This document shows positions 30,130-41,667 of a stretch of 64,000 nt of DNA, one piece after another. The stretch comes from Azolla caroliniana (lineage: Eukaryota > Plantae > Polypodiophyta): NCBI GenBank assembly GCA_043228905.1, contig JBHGNT010000001.1, positions 3,224,001 through 3,288,000 on the forward strand, read 5' to 3'. The position numbers and the translations under genes are program-made. The notes under the pieces are model-generated. The model was not told where the DNA came from. It made no database searches and saw only the letters and a list, made by a program, of their open reading frames with translations. Each line of letters starts with the position of its first letter. The stretch's first letter is position 1.

Positions 30130-31548
30130 CACACACACACACACATAATGGGAAGAGGAGGATGATTCGAGGAGGCTTGACCTTGTAACTTGATTGTGAC
30201 TAAAGTCTTACCTTGGTATCACAAAATCTAAAATTGTCAACCTCTGGCCTCTCGTGATGAGGAAAGGCCATGGCGGCGATCTGATGTGCCAAAATGCTTG
30301 CTTGGCCTATCCATAGTTTGTTTCAGACTCTAAAGGCCCTTAACCATGACCTAATGATTGCCATAATAGTAGATCGACGAAATAACATGGTACTAGACCA
30401 TTTTAGACATCCTTACTACACACAAATGATTGCTTTCGTACTCATATGCTTAATTACCATTTTTAATCATCATTCCATTGTATTCCTTCTTTCATAGAGT
30501 CTATCAATTTTCAATTAATGAGCATTAAAGTTTATCGCTTTTGTGTAGTTGTGATAAAGAGGTTATTAGCATTAAAGTTTATCAATGGTAATTCCTTTGG
30601 TTGTAAGCCAATTGAATATAGTAAAACATTATGGCCTTCTTCTCTGTTGCAGGTTTGAACATTTGAGTGATCACTTTGAAGCACTTGAAAACCTTACACC
30701 ATATAAAAGCACTGCATTTAGCATTTATGCTCCGACTTTCCTACATACATATGTACATATACATATACTTGATACATTCGTAGTGTTTACACTATGGATA
30801 CTTCCACCCAATTCTTTTGCATAATCTACCAATAGAAAGCCCTTTATAGTAGAGGAACACATATCTTTCATATTTTCAATAATCAACTTACTAGGCAAAG
30901 AGTAGTCAATAGGTTCACGAGATTTATGGTTTTGAGATTAGGGTGTTGAATAGAGTACAATTGGTTCTGCAATTTCAACATTTGTAATTGTCGACACAAG
31001 AAGCATGAACTACTTTCTTACATGTGATCAGCATAGAGATCGATTGAGTTAATTCAATAGATGGATTAGTCATTAAGGTGGTTAACTACTGGATGTACTG
31101 CATGGCCCTTATTCTCAAGGTTAGTTCTTCACTCTGATACTTGCGAAATTATTAATTTTGAACAACAATAGGGTTTTGGAAGTGGTCCTTCCCATCGTAT
31201 AAGCAAGACAATACGTGCTAATGTAATACTAAATTCACATTTTGCACTCCCACACACACACTCACATTAATCTTTAACCAGCTCATTGATCTATGATGTC
31301 AAAATCAATTCTCATGGAAGAACCAGAGAAAAGGAAAAACTAATCTTTGAATAATATCTACCTTGAATGATTAACTACTTAACCATGCTACAAACTGATA
31401 GATTGACACTGTGCTTGTGCTTATTTTACAAATTGTTTCACACTTTTTTATTATTAGTAAGAACCTGATGAGCCCTGGACTCTTGGAGTTCAATTACACA
31501 AAGAGTACACACAATTTTGATGCAAATAGTGATATGCCAAAAAGACAT

Positions 31549-32883
31549 TCACGATGTAAAGTTGAAGTTTGAACAAGTGGACCTTAGACCCACCAAAGAG
31601 GGTAAGAAACCGAGTCTTGAGGTTGCAAGATCAAATTGTAAGAGGGCGTCACGTTGTTGGAAAGACCCTAGGATTATTGACTTTGGCTCGTATTGGCCTC
31701 TCCTTTGGAAAGCCAAACATATGACGGTATCATCCTTTAGTGACACCACAGAATTTACTCCAAAAAACGTCCAACTCACACTACCACTCCCTTGCAATGC
31801 GAAGGTAATGTCAGGCACATTGTACCCTAATCTCGTAAAACCAGCGGTGGATGCATTGAAGCATGTATCAAAGGGGCTCACGGGGGCGACCGACTTTATA
31901 CCCCGTGCATTTGCACCCGCTTTGAAAGCGCGTGCCAATGCCTTATAGATGGAGGGCTCCAGAAGTGTGTACCTTTTGGTAGTGCTTATGGCCATCCCAC
32001 CATTGTTCAAGCTGCCTTGGTTCAATTTGAAAAGGGTGGGGTCGATGGGGAGCTTAGCTCCATTGACCGAGATCGATTTCACACCAAGGAAATACGAGTC
32101 GGGTTCCTTTGGATTCCTGATGAGGGGCGTGTAAGAGAAGTAGTTGCTGAACTCCATTCCTTGTTGGAAGAAGATGGGGGTCTGGCCAAAAACCAGGACG
32201 CCGCTACCTTTGGCATAGCCAGGCAGGCAATAAGTGAACTTCCGCTTGAGGCTAAATTTAGAGGCCAATTGGGTGGGGAGGGCTAACAAGGCTCTGCTAA
32301 GGCCTCCTCCACCCACAGCCCCAGCTGGAGCAGAGTTGTTCTCGAGGAGGCCGGCACCGGTGCAAGCAAAGGCGAGTTTGGGCACGTCGATCGGGGAAGG
32401 GGCCGGGTTCCGGCCGTCGGTGGGCGTGACATGGAATGTGTCCGTCCAAAGCGTCCCTATGGAGGACGTGGAGATGGCACTGTTGGATATGAAGGGGCTA
32501 CACGTGTTGTTGGAGCAGATAGGAGAGGGGGTGTCTGGGCATTCCGCGGCGCAAGGCACACCAGCTGAGCAGATCTGAGAATTGCAGACAACGGCTTTTT
32601 TGCAGATCGCACTGTTGCATGGGACTGGCTTGAAGGTGGGAGAGTTGAGATTGAAAGGAGAAGATGGGTTCAGGCAATCGATCCATAGATTGCTTGAAGA
32701 CACATCAAGCAAGAGGTCGTGCTTGTTGTCGAGGTTGAAGGAGTAGAGAGAGGTGGATGGATCAAAGGAAATGGGTGCAAGTAGGGCCTTGGGTCGAGAG
32801 GTAGCAGCAGCAGCAGCAGCTAATGTAGGAACAGAGCACAGAGGTAAGGAGAAGAATAAGAATAAGACGAATAGATCTTCCAT
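31549..32883 (-). CDS. XEGIP/basic 7S globulin-like inhibitor, copy 3
   Basis: Close paralogue; TRLGYNVP and RSTCSNFNFTS; ATG at 32883. Confidence 0.9.
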   Translation of the reverse strand: MEDLFVLFLFFSLPLCSVPTLAAAAAATSRPKALLAPISFDPSTSLYSFNLDNKHDLLLDVSSSNLWIDCLNPSSPFNLNSPTFKPVPCNSAICKKAVVCNSQICSAGVPCAAECPDTPSPICSNNTCSPFISNSAISTSSIGTLWTDTFHVTPTDGRNPAPSPIDVPKLAFACTGAGLLENNSAPAGAVGGGGLSRALLALPTQLASKFSLKRKFTYCLPGYAKGSGVLVFGQTPIFFQQGMEFSNYFSYTPLIRNPKEPDSYFLGVKSISVNGAKLPIDPTLFKLNQGSLNNGGMAISTTKRYTLLEPSIYKALARAFKAGANARGIKSVAPVSPFDTCFNASTAGFTRLGYNVPDITFALQGSGSVSWTFFGVNSVVSLKDDTVICLAFQRRGQYEPKSIILGSFQQRDALLQFDLATSRLGFLPSLVGLRSTCSNFNFTS

Positions 32884-33846
32884 GATAGCTATGATTGAAG
32901 ATGATTGTATTTTGAGATTGTCACAGAAAACCGATGTTGTAGAATTTATGCGGTTATCCACAGGAAGTGTGAGCTGTGTAGTTGGGTCATATATATCATA
33001 TGTATTATGTATATGTGTGTGTGTGTGTGTGTATTTAGATTATGTGTAAAGGGATGGGGATGAGCGTTGGACCTTACCACGGATGGGGGGACAAAAGTGT
33101 TTGCATCATATCGCAAATTCTAAAATTGTCAACTCTGGCCTCTCATGGCGAGAAAAGCCAGGAAAGCATTGCCTTGGTACCATGAAATATTAAATTGTCA
33201 AACCTCGCTTTAATGTGGGTCGGTGTGCATGGAAGTCTGAAGGTGGTTCGATATGCCTCCTATTTGCTTGCTCCAAAGCATCGTTTGTTGGGATCTATCT
33301 TAACTGAAACTTATGGTTTTGGAATTACAGGCGATAACAAATCAATGAAATAAGAAGACATTACAAGATAAGCACGATGTGGAAGCATTATGTTTGTGCC
33401 TCGTAAAAGTGACCTTTGACATCCAATGCCATGCTTTCACTCTCATATTTCACAAGCTTACCTTACATATGTGTACTTGAACATCTCGAATGCTTATCAT
33501 AATCCTCGTTAGAGATAAAGCTTATGATTTGTGACATTAATGTTGTGAGCTCAAATCCAAGGAAAGGGGACTTAATTGTGTTGGTTATAATATCTCACCA
33601 TAGTTTGAATGTAGTTTCCCTCATTATAACTTCCTCCTAAAATGTAGTGTTGAGCGAGCAAGCTCAACATGGGCCAGATCGGCTGATATAAGCCAATAAC
33701 CGGATCAGATGAGCCGGATTGGAGACCGGACCAATGTGTGAACCAATAGGCCTCTAAGTGCTCTCAAGCACATTGGATTGTACAAAATGCTATTTTGAAT
33801 CTAGAGTTTTTACTATTCTGCTCTCACTGTCACTCTCGCGTACTCT

Positions 33847-34075
33847 TTTTTTTTTTTTCCTCGTAATTAGCTTATCTTAGTGGTAAGTTGTTAACACTAC
33901 AAGCACTGCGTCTTGGGTTCGATACCCAACTTTCTCACTTCTCTCTATTATATACTTCATATATATCTCTTGATTCAGTAGATGCCAATGTGGAATGTAA
34001 GGGTTGAACCCATGACCAGCTGGTCTCCATTGGGCAACCTTACCAACTGAGCTACATCCATTTGGCAACCTTACC
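33847..34075 (-). mobile_element. tRNA-derived SINE with poly(A) tail and 14-bp TSD
   Basis: Direct repeat ctctcgcgtactct at 33833-33846 and 34076-34089; T-run (minus-strand poly-A) to 33858; minus-strand head GGATGTAGCTCAGTTGGTAAGG (A box) ... GGGTTCAACCC (B-box-like). Confidence 0.85.
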
Positions 34076-34853
34076 CTCTCGCGTACTCTCTCTCTCTCAC
34101 CATTGTTCTCTGTGTTTACCGTTCTTTGTTGCTGTCTGACTGAGCCACTTGTGTCTGTTTAGCTTCCGCACGCTAATATTTTCATATAACTTAAAAAAAT
34201 TTACACCTACATTTTGTTGCACACATTGGCAATATGATGTTGCTCCTCAAAAGTGGTTAAGGTATAAAAAAGGTCATACTCTCTAACAATACATATGTAA
34301 GAACTTTTCTCCTAAAGAGTGGCTTATGAAGGGGTGGTCACTTTTTCCAAAGCATCATTGCCATTAAATGGAAACTTTGGAAAGCAGTTATTGCTTGATA
34401 TTTCAATGAGGTCAATACTTTGAAAATCACTTTACATTGTGAACATTGGGCATTCTCATAATAAAGTAGTAGTTATTCATGTAGCTCGGTCCATTGCAAG
34501 ATATTGGAAGTGTGGATAGAAATAAAAAAACTATAGAATTACTAAACAATGGTAGTGGAGCCACGGTGTCGCGAAGTTTCGCGCACGTGTGTTACTTGGG
34601 CGGGACCATGGGGGTCTTGGACTAGGGAGTACTCAAGGGATAGAGAAGACCCGAGGTTTTGCTTTACGACAATACTACATCTCGACCCCTTCCCAAGCAA
34701 GGGCTCATTGCCCTTTGTTTTGTGAGGCCGGTGGCTCTCGTTGATCACGACTCATTGACCTTTCGAGATCACCGCATCAGCCAAGTGATTAAACGGGTAC
34801 AAGCAAGATGAGCACGCAAGATAAACGCACAGGGGGACAATAACACAAGTACG

Positions 34854-35370
34854 AATGCCCGTACATCTTTATGAGGAGAAGAGGTGCATGGGCAAGCCTG
34901 AACGCTCCCTCGTCATGAGACGACCAAACGTACAAGGAAGACACAAACACACGCACAAAATGCCCGTACGCCTTTATGAGGAGGAGAGGTGCATGAGCAA
35001 GCCCAAAATGGTCCCTCGTCACAAGACGGCCGAACGTACAAGGAAGAGACAAACACACACACAAATGCTCGTACGTCTTTATGAGGAGGAGAGGTGCATG
35101 GGCACGCCCGAAACGCTCCGTCGTCACAAGACGACCGAACATACAAGGAAGACACAAACATATGCACAAATGCTCGTACGCCTTTATGAGGAGGAGAGGT
35201 GCATGGGCAAGCCCGAAATGGTCCCTTGTCACAAGACGACCGAACGTACAAGGAAGACACAAACACATGCACAAAATGCTCGTACGCCTTTATGAGGAGA
35301 AGAGGTGCATGGGCAAGCCTGAAACGGTCCCTCGTCACAAGACGACTGAACGTACAAGGAAGACACGAAC
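34854..35370. repeat. GC-rich tandem repeat, 5 x ~105 bp, inside the putative LTR
   Basis: Units aatgcYcgtac...gaagacacaaacac start at 34854, 34959, 35064, 35169 and 35275. Confidence 0.95.
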
Positions 35371-36849
35371 AAAGAAAGAAGGAAAGAAAGAAACACGAAT
35401 GATATCGGCCAAAGAAATAAATACGTGTTCGATTCCAACGCAAGAGGACCCTTTATAAAATAGGGTTTGATTACAATGACAACTTATAGTTAACCACAAA
35501 CTCAATCAGAACATAAATACTAAATGCCCTCAGAGACAAGAGCAAATCCAAACACGACGAAGATGAACACACGAGCACCACCAAAACACCAATCCCAACG
35601 AACCACGACCAACCGAACGGCGAGCACACGGGCTCGCAACGACGACCGGGGCGGGGCAACGTCGAACCAACGAAGCTTGGGCTCACGAGCACTTCGAGTG
35701 CCGACGCGAAGAAGATTAGCACGTGGTGATAGGGGGGATAAAGGGGTATGAGATGAAGAGAAGTGGTGAATAAGAAGATGAAAAGCTCCGAAAGAAAAAT
35801 GAACACGTCCGCGTTCACAAGTGGAAGGATTGCGCATTCCACTTGTAGAATCTTCTTAAAACGAAGCAAATACACCCTCTCTACAATAATTGGATGCACT
35901 AGTATCACATGTTCCTCAACTTGATAAGAATTTGCAAATATAAAAATACATGATAGATCTACGAGTGGAGATCATTAGAAATCATGCAAGTTTAGACATG
36001 TTGATAAGTTAATGTAGGCATAATAAAGTTCAACTATGGCTCAATATGGCACTATTGTGCGACAAGGGAAACACTAACTTAAAGACTTATATTAATTAGG
36101 TAGGTTTTACAAAAATATGAGGTGTACTTGTATCCATACTAATAAAATGAGATATAATTTATACTTTGACCCATACGTGCATGTATGTAATTGTGGAAAA
36201 TGTAGGATAGTGCACATTAGGATAAGTGATTGGAATAACTAACTTATTAAAGTATTCAATACTTGTATTAAAAGTTGATCTAATCTATTCCTCAGTTTGT
36301 TCATATGGGATCAAACCATATGTGTATATAATTGTGCACAATGTAAGGCAGTGAACTTTAGGATAATGTCGTGGAAATAACAAACCTATTAGGCTTTCAT
36401 ACCTGTATTTAAAATTGATCTACTCTATTGCTTAGGTGATTCACACAAGATCAAACTCCGAACGATAACGCAACTGGAACCATTATCAACACACTACACA
36501 ATCTAAGCAGCAATGGAATAGAAACATAATAGTTTTAACAATATAAGACAAAGATCCATAATAACAACATGGACAGTCATGGCAACAATTATAGGGCCAT
36601 GTTCTGTTAAGGTTAGCTTGGACCAAAATCAGCCTCCATTTAAACTAGTTCATGTTTCTCCATAAGTTTGGTAGTCAGCTATGCACGCGGTGAAACCAAT
36701 ATCATAAATCTACTAATCAAGTATATAAAAATAAAATTGAAACATATAGAAGATTATAAAGAATAGAATCCACTAGGTAAAACCCAAAATTTGTATTAAT
36801 AATGTGAAATCTTAACAAATCGTCAGTGTCATATTCTTTATAGAGTCTA

Positions 36850-39800
36850 TTACATAGCAATCAATTCATCAACGTCATTTTCTTCATCATCTTGTGTAGA
36901 ACTGTCTTCGGCTATACGTGCATTGGTTTCCCCTGTTAGCCGAGCCAACGAAATATCTTCTATAAGCTCATCATCAAGCTCTATTAGCTCCCCCGATTCG
37001 CCGGCTAACGGAGGAATAGGCTCTCGTGAAGCAGGTTGAAACCTTTCTGTATTGGCGAGGTTCTTTGCACCGACCTCCTCATCCTGGTCTGGGAACTCCC
37101 ACAAAGCCTTAATCCGCATATTAATAAATATAACTTGGTCCTCGTCCTTCTCCAATGCAACTGTATTTCTAAACAGCTTCAATGCACATGCTGACGTAGT
37201 TCCTATGATGTAAGTAACAAGAAGATTTAGTTGTCAAACGAAAAAAAAGTGATTGGTTATCTCAAGATCGTTACCCTAGTTCGAGGAATACCTGTGCCAG
37301 AAAAGAGATCTAATATCCTGTCTCCTTCGACAGAAAACATCTCGATCAAGCGCATCATAAATCGTTGAGGTTTTTGGTATGGGTTGACAAGTCCCCGTTC
37401 TGTCGTGGTGACATGTCGCAATTTCCGAGTCACTGCTGGATATACCAACAGATTTGAACCTCCCACTTCATTAGAATGCTCTTTGATTCTCTGTTTTTTA
37501 ATTTCATCGAAGTAGCCAACCGTTATGTATTCAATGGCATTAACGAACCGAAAAGTTGGCCCTCTATTTACATTGGTCTTGATCCTATAAAAAATAATTC
37601 ATCGAGTTAAGAATAGATTCAACAACCTTAAGAATTGCAATATAATGAAAGACACCTATAAATAATCCTTACCATGCAAGGTTCTCGATGCCATGGCAAC
37701 GAGATCTCAAAGCTTGAGCTACCGAGTACCCTTGGTCCATACTATGAAAGACAACTATTCGCCACAAGGATGCGGTCGTTAGCTCAGCGAAATCCTTGAC
37801 CATCTTCTCCAATTGTTTAAACCTAAACGGTTCATCGTCATATGATGACCCAGCCATTCGAAATCCGTAAGGAATATCCGTAATCATTAGCGTATATTCC
37901 TTCTTTGGCACCTTCTGGATCAAGTCGATGACATCACCGCAAACCACATTGTAGTAAAGATCTCTCGTAATATCTTTTTTGTGGCTAAATTTTTTAAACG
38001 AGCCATCTTCCTCCATTTCGTACGCCTTGACTAAGCGACGATCCTTTTCTTTTCTGGCTCGCTCGAGATGTGCAAGGAAGGATGTAGGGAAATCGTGTAT
38101 ATCCTTAACTTCTCCTTGTTTCTTGCCTCGACACAGTTTCTAATAGAAGCAATAGGACATCAGGTATTATTATACAAGCTCTACATATGATGAAAGGGTA
38201 ATGAAAAAACATGAATACTAACCCAATCCTTGAATGCAATAAAATACTCTGATAACGCCTTATACGAAGACGTTAGAGGATAATCCTCGGTCACTTGTTC
38301 CCAAGTTATACATCCAAGTTGTTTCATCATAACTTCTTGGATCTTCATGTACACCTTATGACTGTAAAATTAGAAATCAAGATTAGGACTTTGAATTACA
38401 CCAGATAGACTACAATTTCAGTATTTGAAAGACTTACTTATTGAACTCAGTGATCATTTCTTCAAGGCTTAAATCTTCCGCCACAACCCTTGACAAAACC
38501 GACACAAGAAGCTGCTCGTCCTTAATACCTTGCATCGCTCTCCATAGAGACAGCTTCATGTCGTCTGCCGCTTCTTCAATTGTCAAGTCAATTTTCTTGG
38601 CGGCTTGTGACTTTAACTCTAGTTGAGGGTCAACCCTACATTTCTTTTGTCGTTGACCCTTTACCTCCTTATTCTCCCACATTGAGAAGATTTGATCTTG
38701 GAGGTCCCATACTTCTCCATCTCTAAACGCCAATTGAAACCAAGACTCATACTTTCGAAGACCATCGGACCTAACATTATCATCTACCACAATGCCGACT
38801 TCATGCAGACATTGACGTCGAAGGCCTGGATGTAACTTCACACCAAACTTTTGTTTCACATCTAAATACTCGTGGTGGAAGAACCGTATACGCTCAATAG
38901 ACGACATTTTCTGCCTATAGTCATTATCATTATTATGGTCCCATGCCAACAGCTTAGCCTCTTCGGTTGTGAGCCCAACATAAATTTTGCACTCGGCATA
39001 CTTGAAGAAGAAAGTGGTTGGATGTTCTCTCACAAGTTGCCGACGTGCCTCTGCTGAATGCGATCCACCAATGACAAAATAATTATATTGATCATGCTTT
39101 CTAATATCAAAATCTTCAATGGTTTCACATTCTTCAGGATCTACCATAACAATAAAAGGCACCACAGTGGCATGAGGATTAATTTTCATTTTTTTCTTGA
39201 GATTTTGAACATGCATGCGGTGAGGCTCTCTAATCTCAAGTGGTCTTCGACCTGTTTTTTCATCAATAGGGGGCCGATGGATGTGTGTTATAGGCAAATT
39301 AAATACTTGCCCTTTCCTGACCAGCTTCCGTTGCATTAACTCTCTCCTTATTTTATTCTGCTCGGATGACAAAACACCTGAGGCCAGCTCGGCTCCTGGC
39401 GTCCCCTTATTATCCTCTTCTTCATTTTCACTTGTTGAATCCGTATCCGACATTTTCGTTGTCTTCTTCTTGGCTGGTCTTGACTGGACTTTGGATACCT
39501 TTTTTGTGGCCTTCAAGGGGGAGGGCACTTCATCTCTTAGAGTTACATGGCCTTGTATATAAGGCCTCAAGGTAACAATAAGGTTTTGTGAGTTATAAAG
39601 TGCTTTTTTGAACACTTCAGGCCCACAAGATTCCTTTACTAAAAGGTCTTCTGAAAGGAACACTTTACGTACCCCCTTTGAGCACTCTATCATTACCAGT
39701 ATGTTGGCCGAATCTGCATCTTCGTAGTCAAATCGTAGAATACGGCCATACATAAATGGGGTTTCTTTTCCAAGCTGCCCCTCCCCCTTCTTCTTTGCTG

Positions 39801-41121
39801 TATACAATACGACTTTTTTCTTTGAGTCGACATATTGCATACACCATTCCTTGTCCGTTAGATCTCGGTCAGGAAGGTCTTCGCCTCCAGTAGCGGCGAC
39901 AAGTTTCTTTTGGCTAACATCACTATGTTGCTGAGATTTTGTCTCTTCGTTAAAGAGAAGCTTTTTTCCTCTCTTCATGGTCTCAGGAGCTACCCTAGTC
40001 TGGGCTTCGATTGGAGAACCTTGTATGCGAAGCTTAATTTTCTTTACGGGTCGGTCCGACAGGTTCTCAAACGACCTATTTAAGAAAGTATATGCAAAAA
40101 CATAAGTTAGGCAGTCACGTAGATTGAAGTTGTATATTATAATGAAGAACAGTTTCCAGGAGCAGTAACATATTCAAAAATCTATTATAGGCAGGGCTAT
40201 TCAACCTAGAAAATATATATCGTAATAAGTAAAACGGGTGTTATATATTCTTTTAAATAGTAGGTATGACTTATATAGATTCTAAACCTATATTGAGGAG
40301 AATTTGCCATAGTAAAGGCAATTTGTGGATCATTTTCTACTATTTTAAGCTAAAGTAGGTCATAAAACACCTATAATTAGAGCATGTATTTCTTTAAAAG
40401 TAAGTAAAGTCAACATAAAAAAGACTGATTTTGCCAGACAATTTGATATCATTTCCACCCCATAAACGATTTTTCTCTCTCAAAGCCTTCTTATATACAG
40501 GGACTCGATACACCGTATCGAGTTCGTGTTTACAACCTACACTTTAAACAGGAACTCGATACGCCGTATCGAGTTCGTGTTTAAAGTTTGAATTTTAAAA
40601 AGGAACTCGATACGCCGTATTGAGTTCCTATTTATAGTGTAGGTTTTAAACAGAAACTCGATACGGCGTATCGAGTTCGTGTTTAAAACCTATACTATAA
40701 ACAGGGACTCGATGCGCCGTATCGAGTTCGTGTTTAAAGTGTAGGTTTTAAACACGAACTCGATACGCCGTATTGAGTTTCTGTTTAAAACCTACATTAT
40801 AAATAGGAACTCGATACGGCGTATCGAGTTCCTTTTTAAAATTCAAACTTTAAACACGAACTCGATACGGCGTATCGAGTTCGTGTTTAAAGTGTAGGTT
40901 TTAAACACGAACTCGATACGGCGTATCGAGATTCTTTTTGAAACCTACACTTTAAACACGAACTCGATACGCCGTATCGAGTTCGTGTATAAATATTTGT
41001 ATTGTATACATGAACTCGATACGCCGTATCGAGTTCTTGAGAAACGAAACATATTTACAAAAATGTCCACAGTGTCAGAGGCCTACCTGGAGTCCTCGCG
41101 CTCGATTCTCTTTGAAGACAT
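36850..41121 (-). CDS. ParB/Srx-like domain + beta-class N6-adenine/N4-cytosine DNA methyltransferase fusion (~974 aa, 6 exons)
   Basis: Exons 41121-41087, 40075-38438, 38361-38223, 38139-37673, 37584-37292, 37202-36850. All introns GT-AG, phases compatible, 2925 nt, no stops. ParB-like segment: LPITHI...VPFIVMV...YFVIGGSHSAEARRQL...LTTEEAKLLAWDHN...MSSIERI. MTase segment: VVCGDVIDLI, MITDIPYG (motif IV), WIK, NPYQKPQRFMMRLIEMFSVEGDRILDLFSGTGTT (motif X-I), ALEKD. Confidence 0.88.
40501..41036. repeat. Array of 11 x 25-bp palindromes GAACTCGATACG-S-CGTATCGAGTTC with 26-bp linkers (51-bp period), in intron 1 of the MTase gene
   Basis: Copies start at 40501, 40552, 40603, 40654, 40705, 40756, 40807, 40858, 40909, 40960 and 41012. 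Confidence 0.97.
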
Positions 41122-41264
41122 GGTTGATCGTGTTGAAGTGGAGGCGGAGATCGCGCTTTCGTGCTTTGTGCTCTGAGTGCTTTGTGTGCTTTGTGTGCTC
41201 TCTACGTTCTGTGTGCTCTGTACGCTCTGTACGCTCTGGTGAGTGAAATATGACGAGGTCTTCC

Positions 41265-41667
41265 TATTTATAGGGATTGAACACATTGGTTAAAGTAACC
41301 ATAGTCACCTTAACCAATGTTGGTAACTTTGAGGATAGTTAGTTGGTAACCATAGTCACATTAACTAGAGTAACTTATGATTGTATTAATGATTACAAAG
41401 TCAAACTAATATATTGATCAATCTTTTATAGTCATAACAACCTACAATGACTTCAAAGGTTATGAAGGAGACAATGATAGAGGTTCATGAATGTACCAAT
41501 GATTGATTACTAAAAGCAACAATTTTTATGACTCTCAAATGTTATGTATTAAAGATGTGGGCATGAATTAACCAATGATTGATAAGTCTAATATTTAAAA
41601 TGGTGAGCATTAAAGAACCAATGCGTGAGACGTTCTATATCAAAATGGGTGCCATTAATTAGCCAAT
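41265..41667. promoter_or_regulatory. Putative bidirectional promoter of the transposon: TATA box for the MTase gene plus six CCAAT boxes
   Basis: Minus-strand TATAAATA at 41265-41272, ~145 bp upstream of the exon-1 ATG. CCAATG at 41314, 41496, 41572, 41618, 41663 and inverted at 41285. Confidence 0.5.

Noticed and set aside
23802-33049. Plus-strand ORFs repeated opposite the three XEGIP genes
   Set aside because: Antisense shadows of GC-rich paralogous coding sequence.
33868-34062. Functional tRNA genes
   Set aside because: I could not build a complete cloverleaf, and the poly(A) tail with a 14-bp TSD indicates a SINE.
34789-35908. ORFs of 105-176 aa in several frames
   Set aside because: They arise from the 105-bp repeat (a multiple of 3) and GC-rich LTR sequence, with no protein motifs.
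40501-41036. CRISPR array (25-bp palindromic repeats with constant 26-bp spacers)
   Set aside because: The spacers are not unique: they are variants of one 26-mer in two orientations. No cas genes are present, and the array lies in a spliceosomal intron in plant nuclear DNA.
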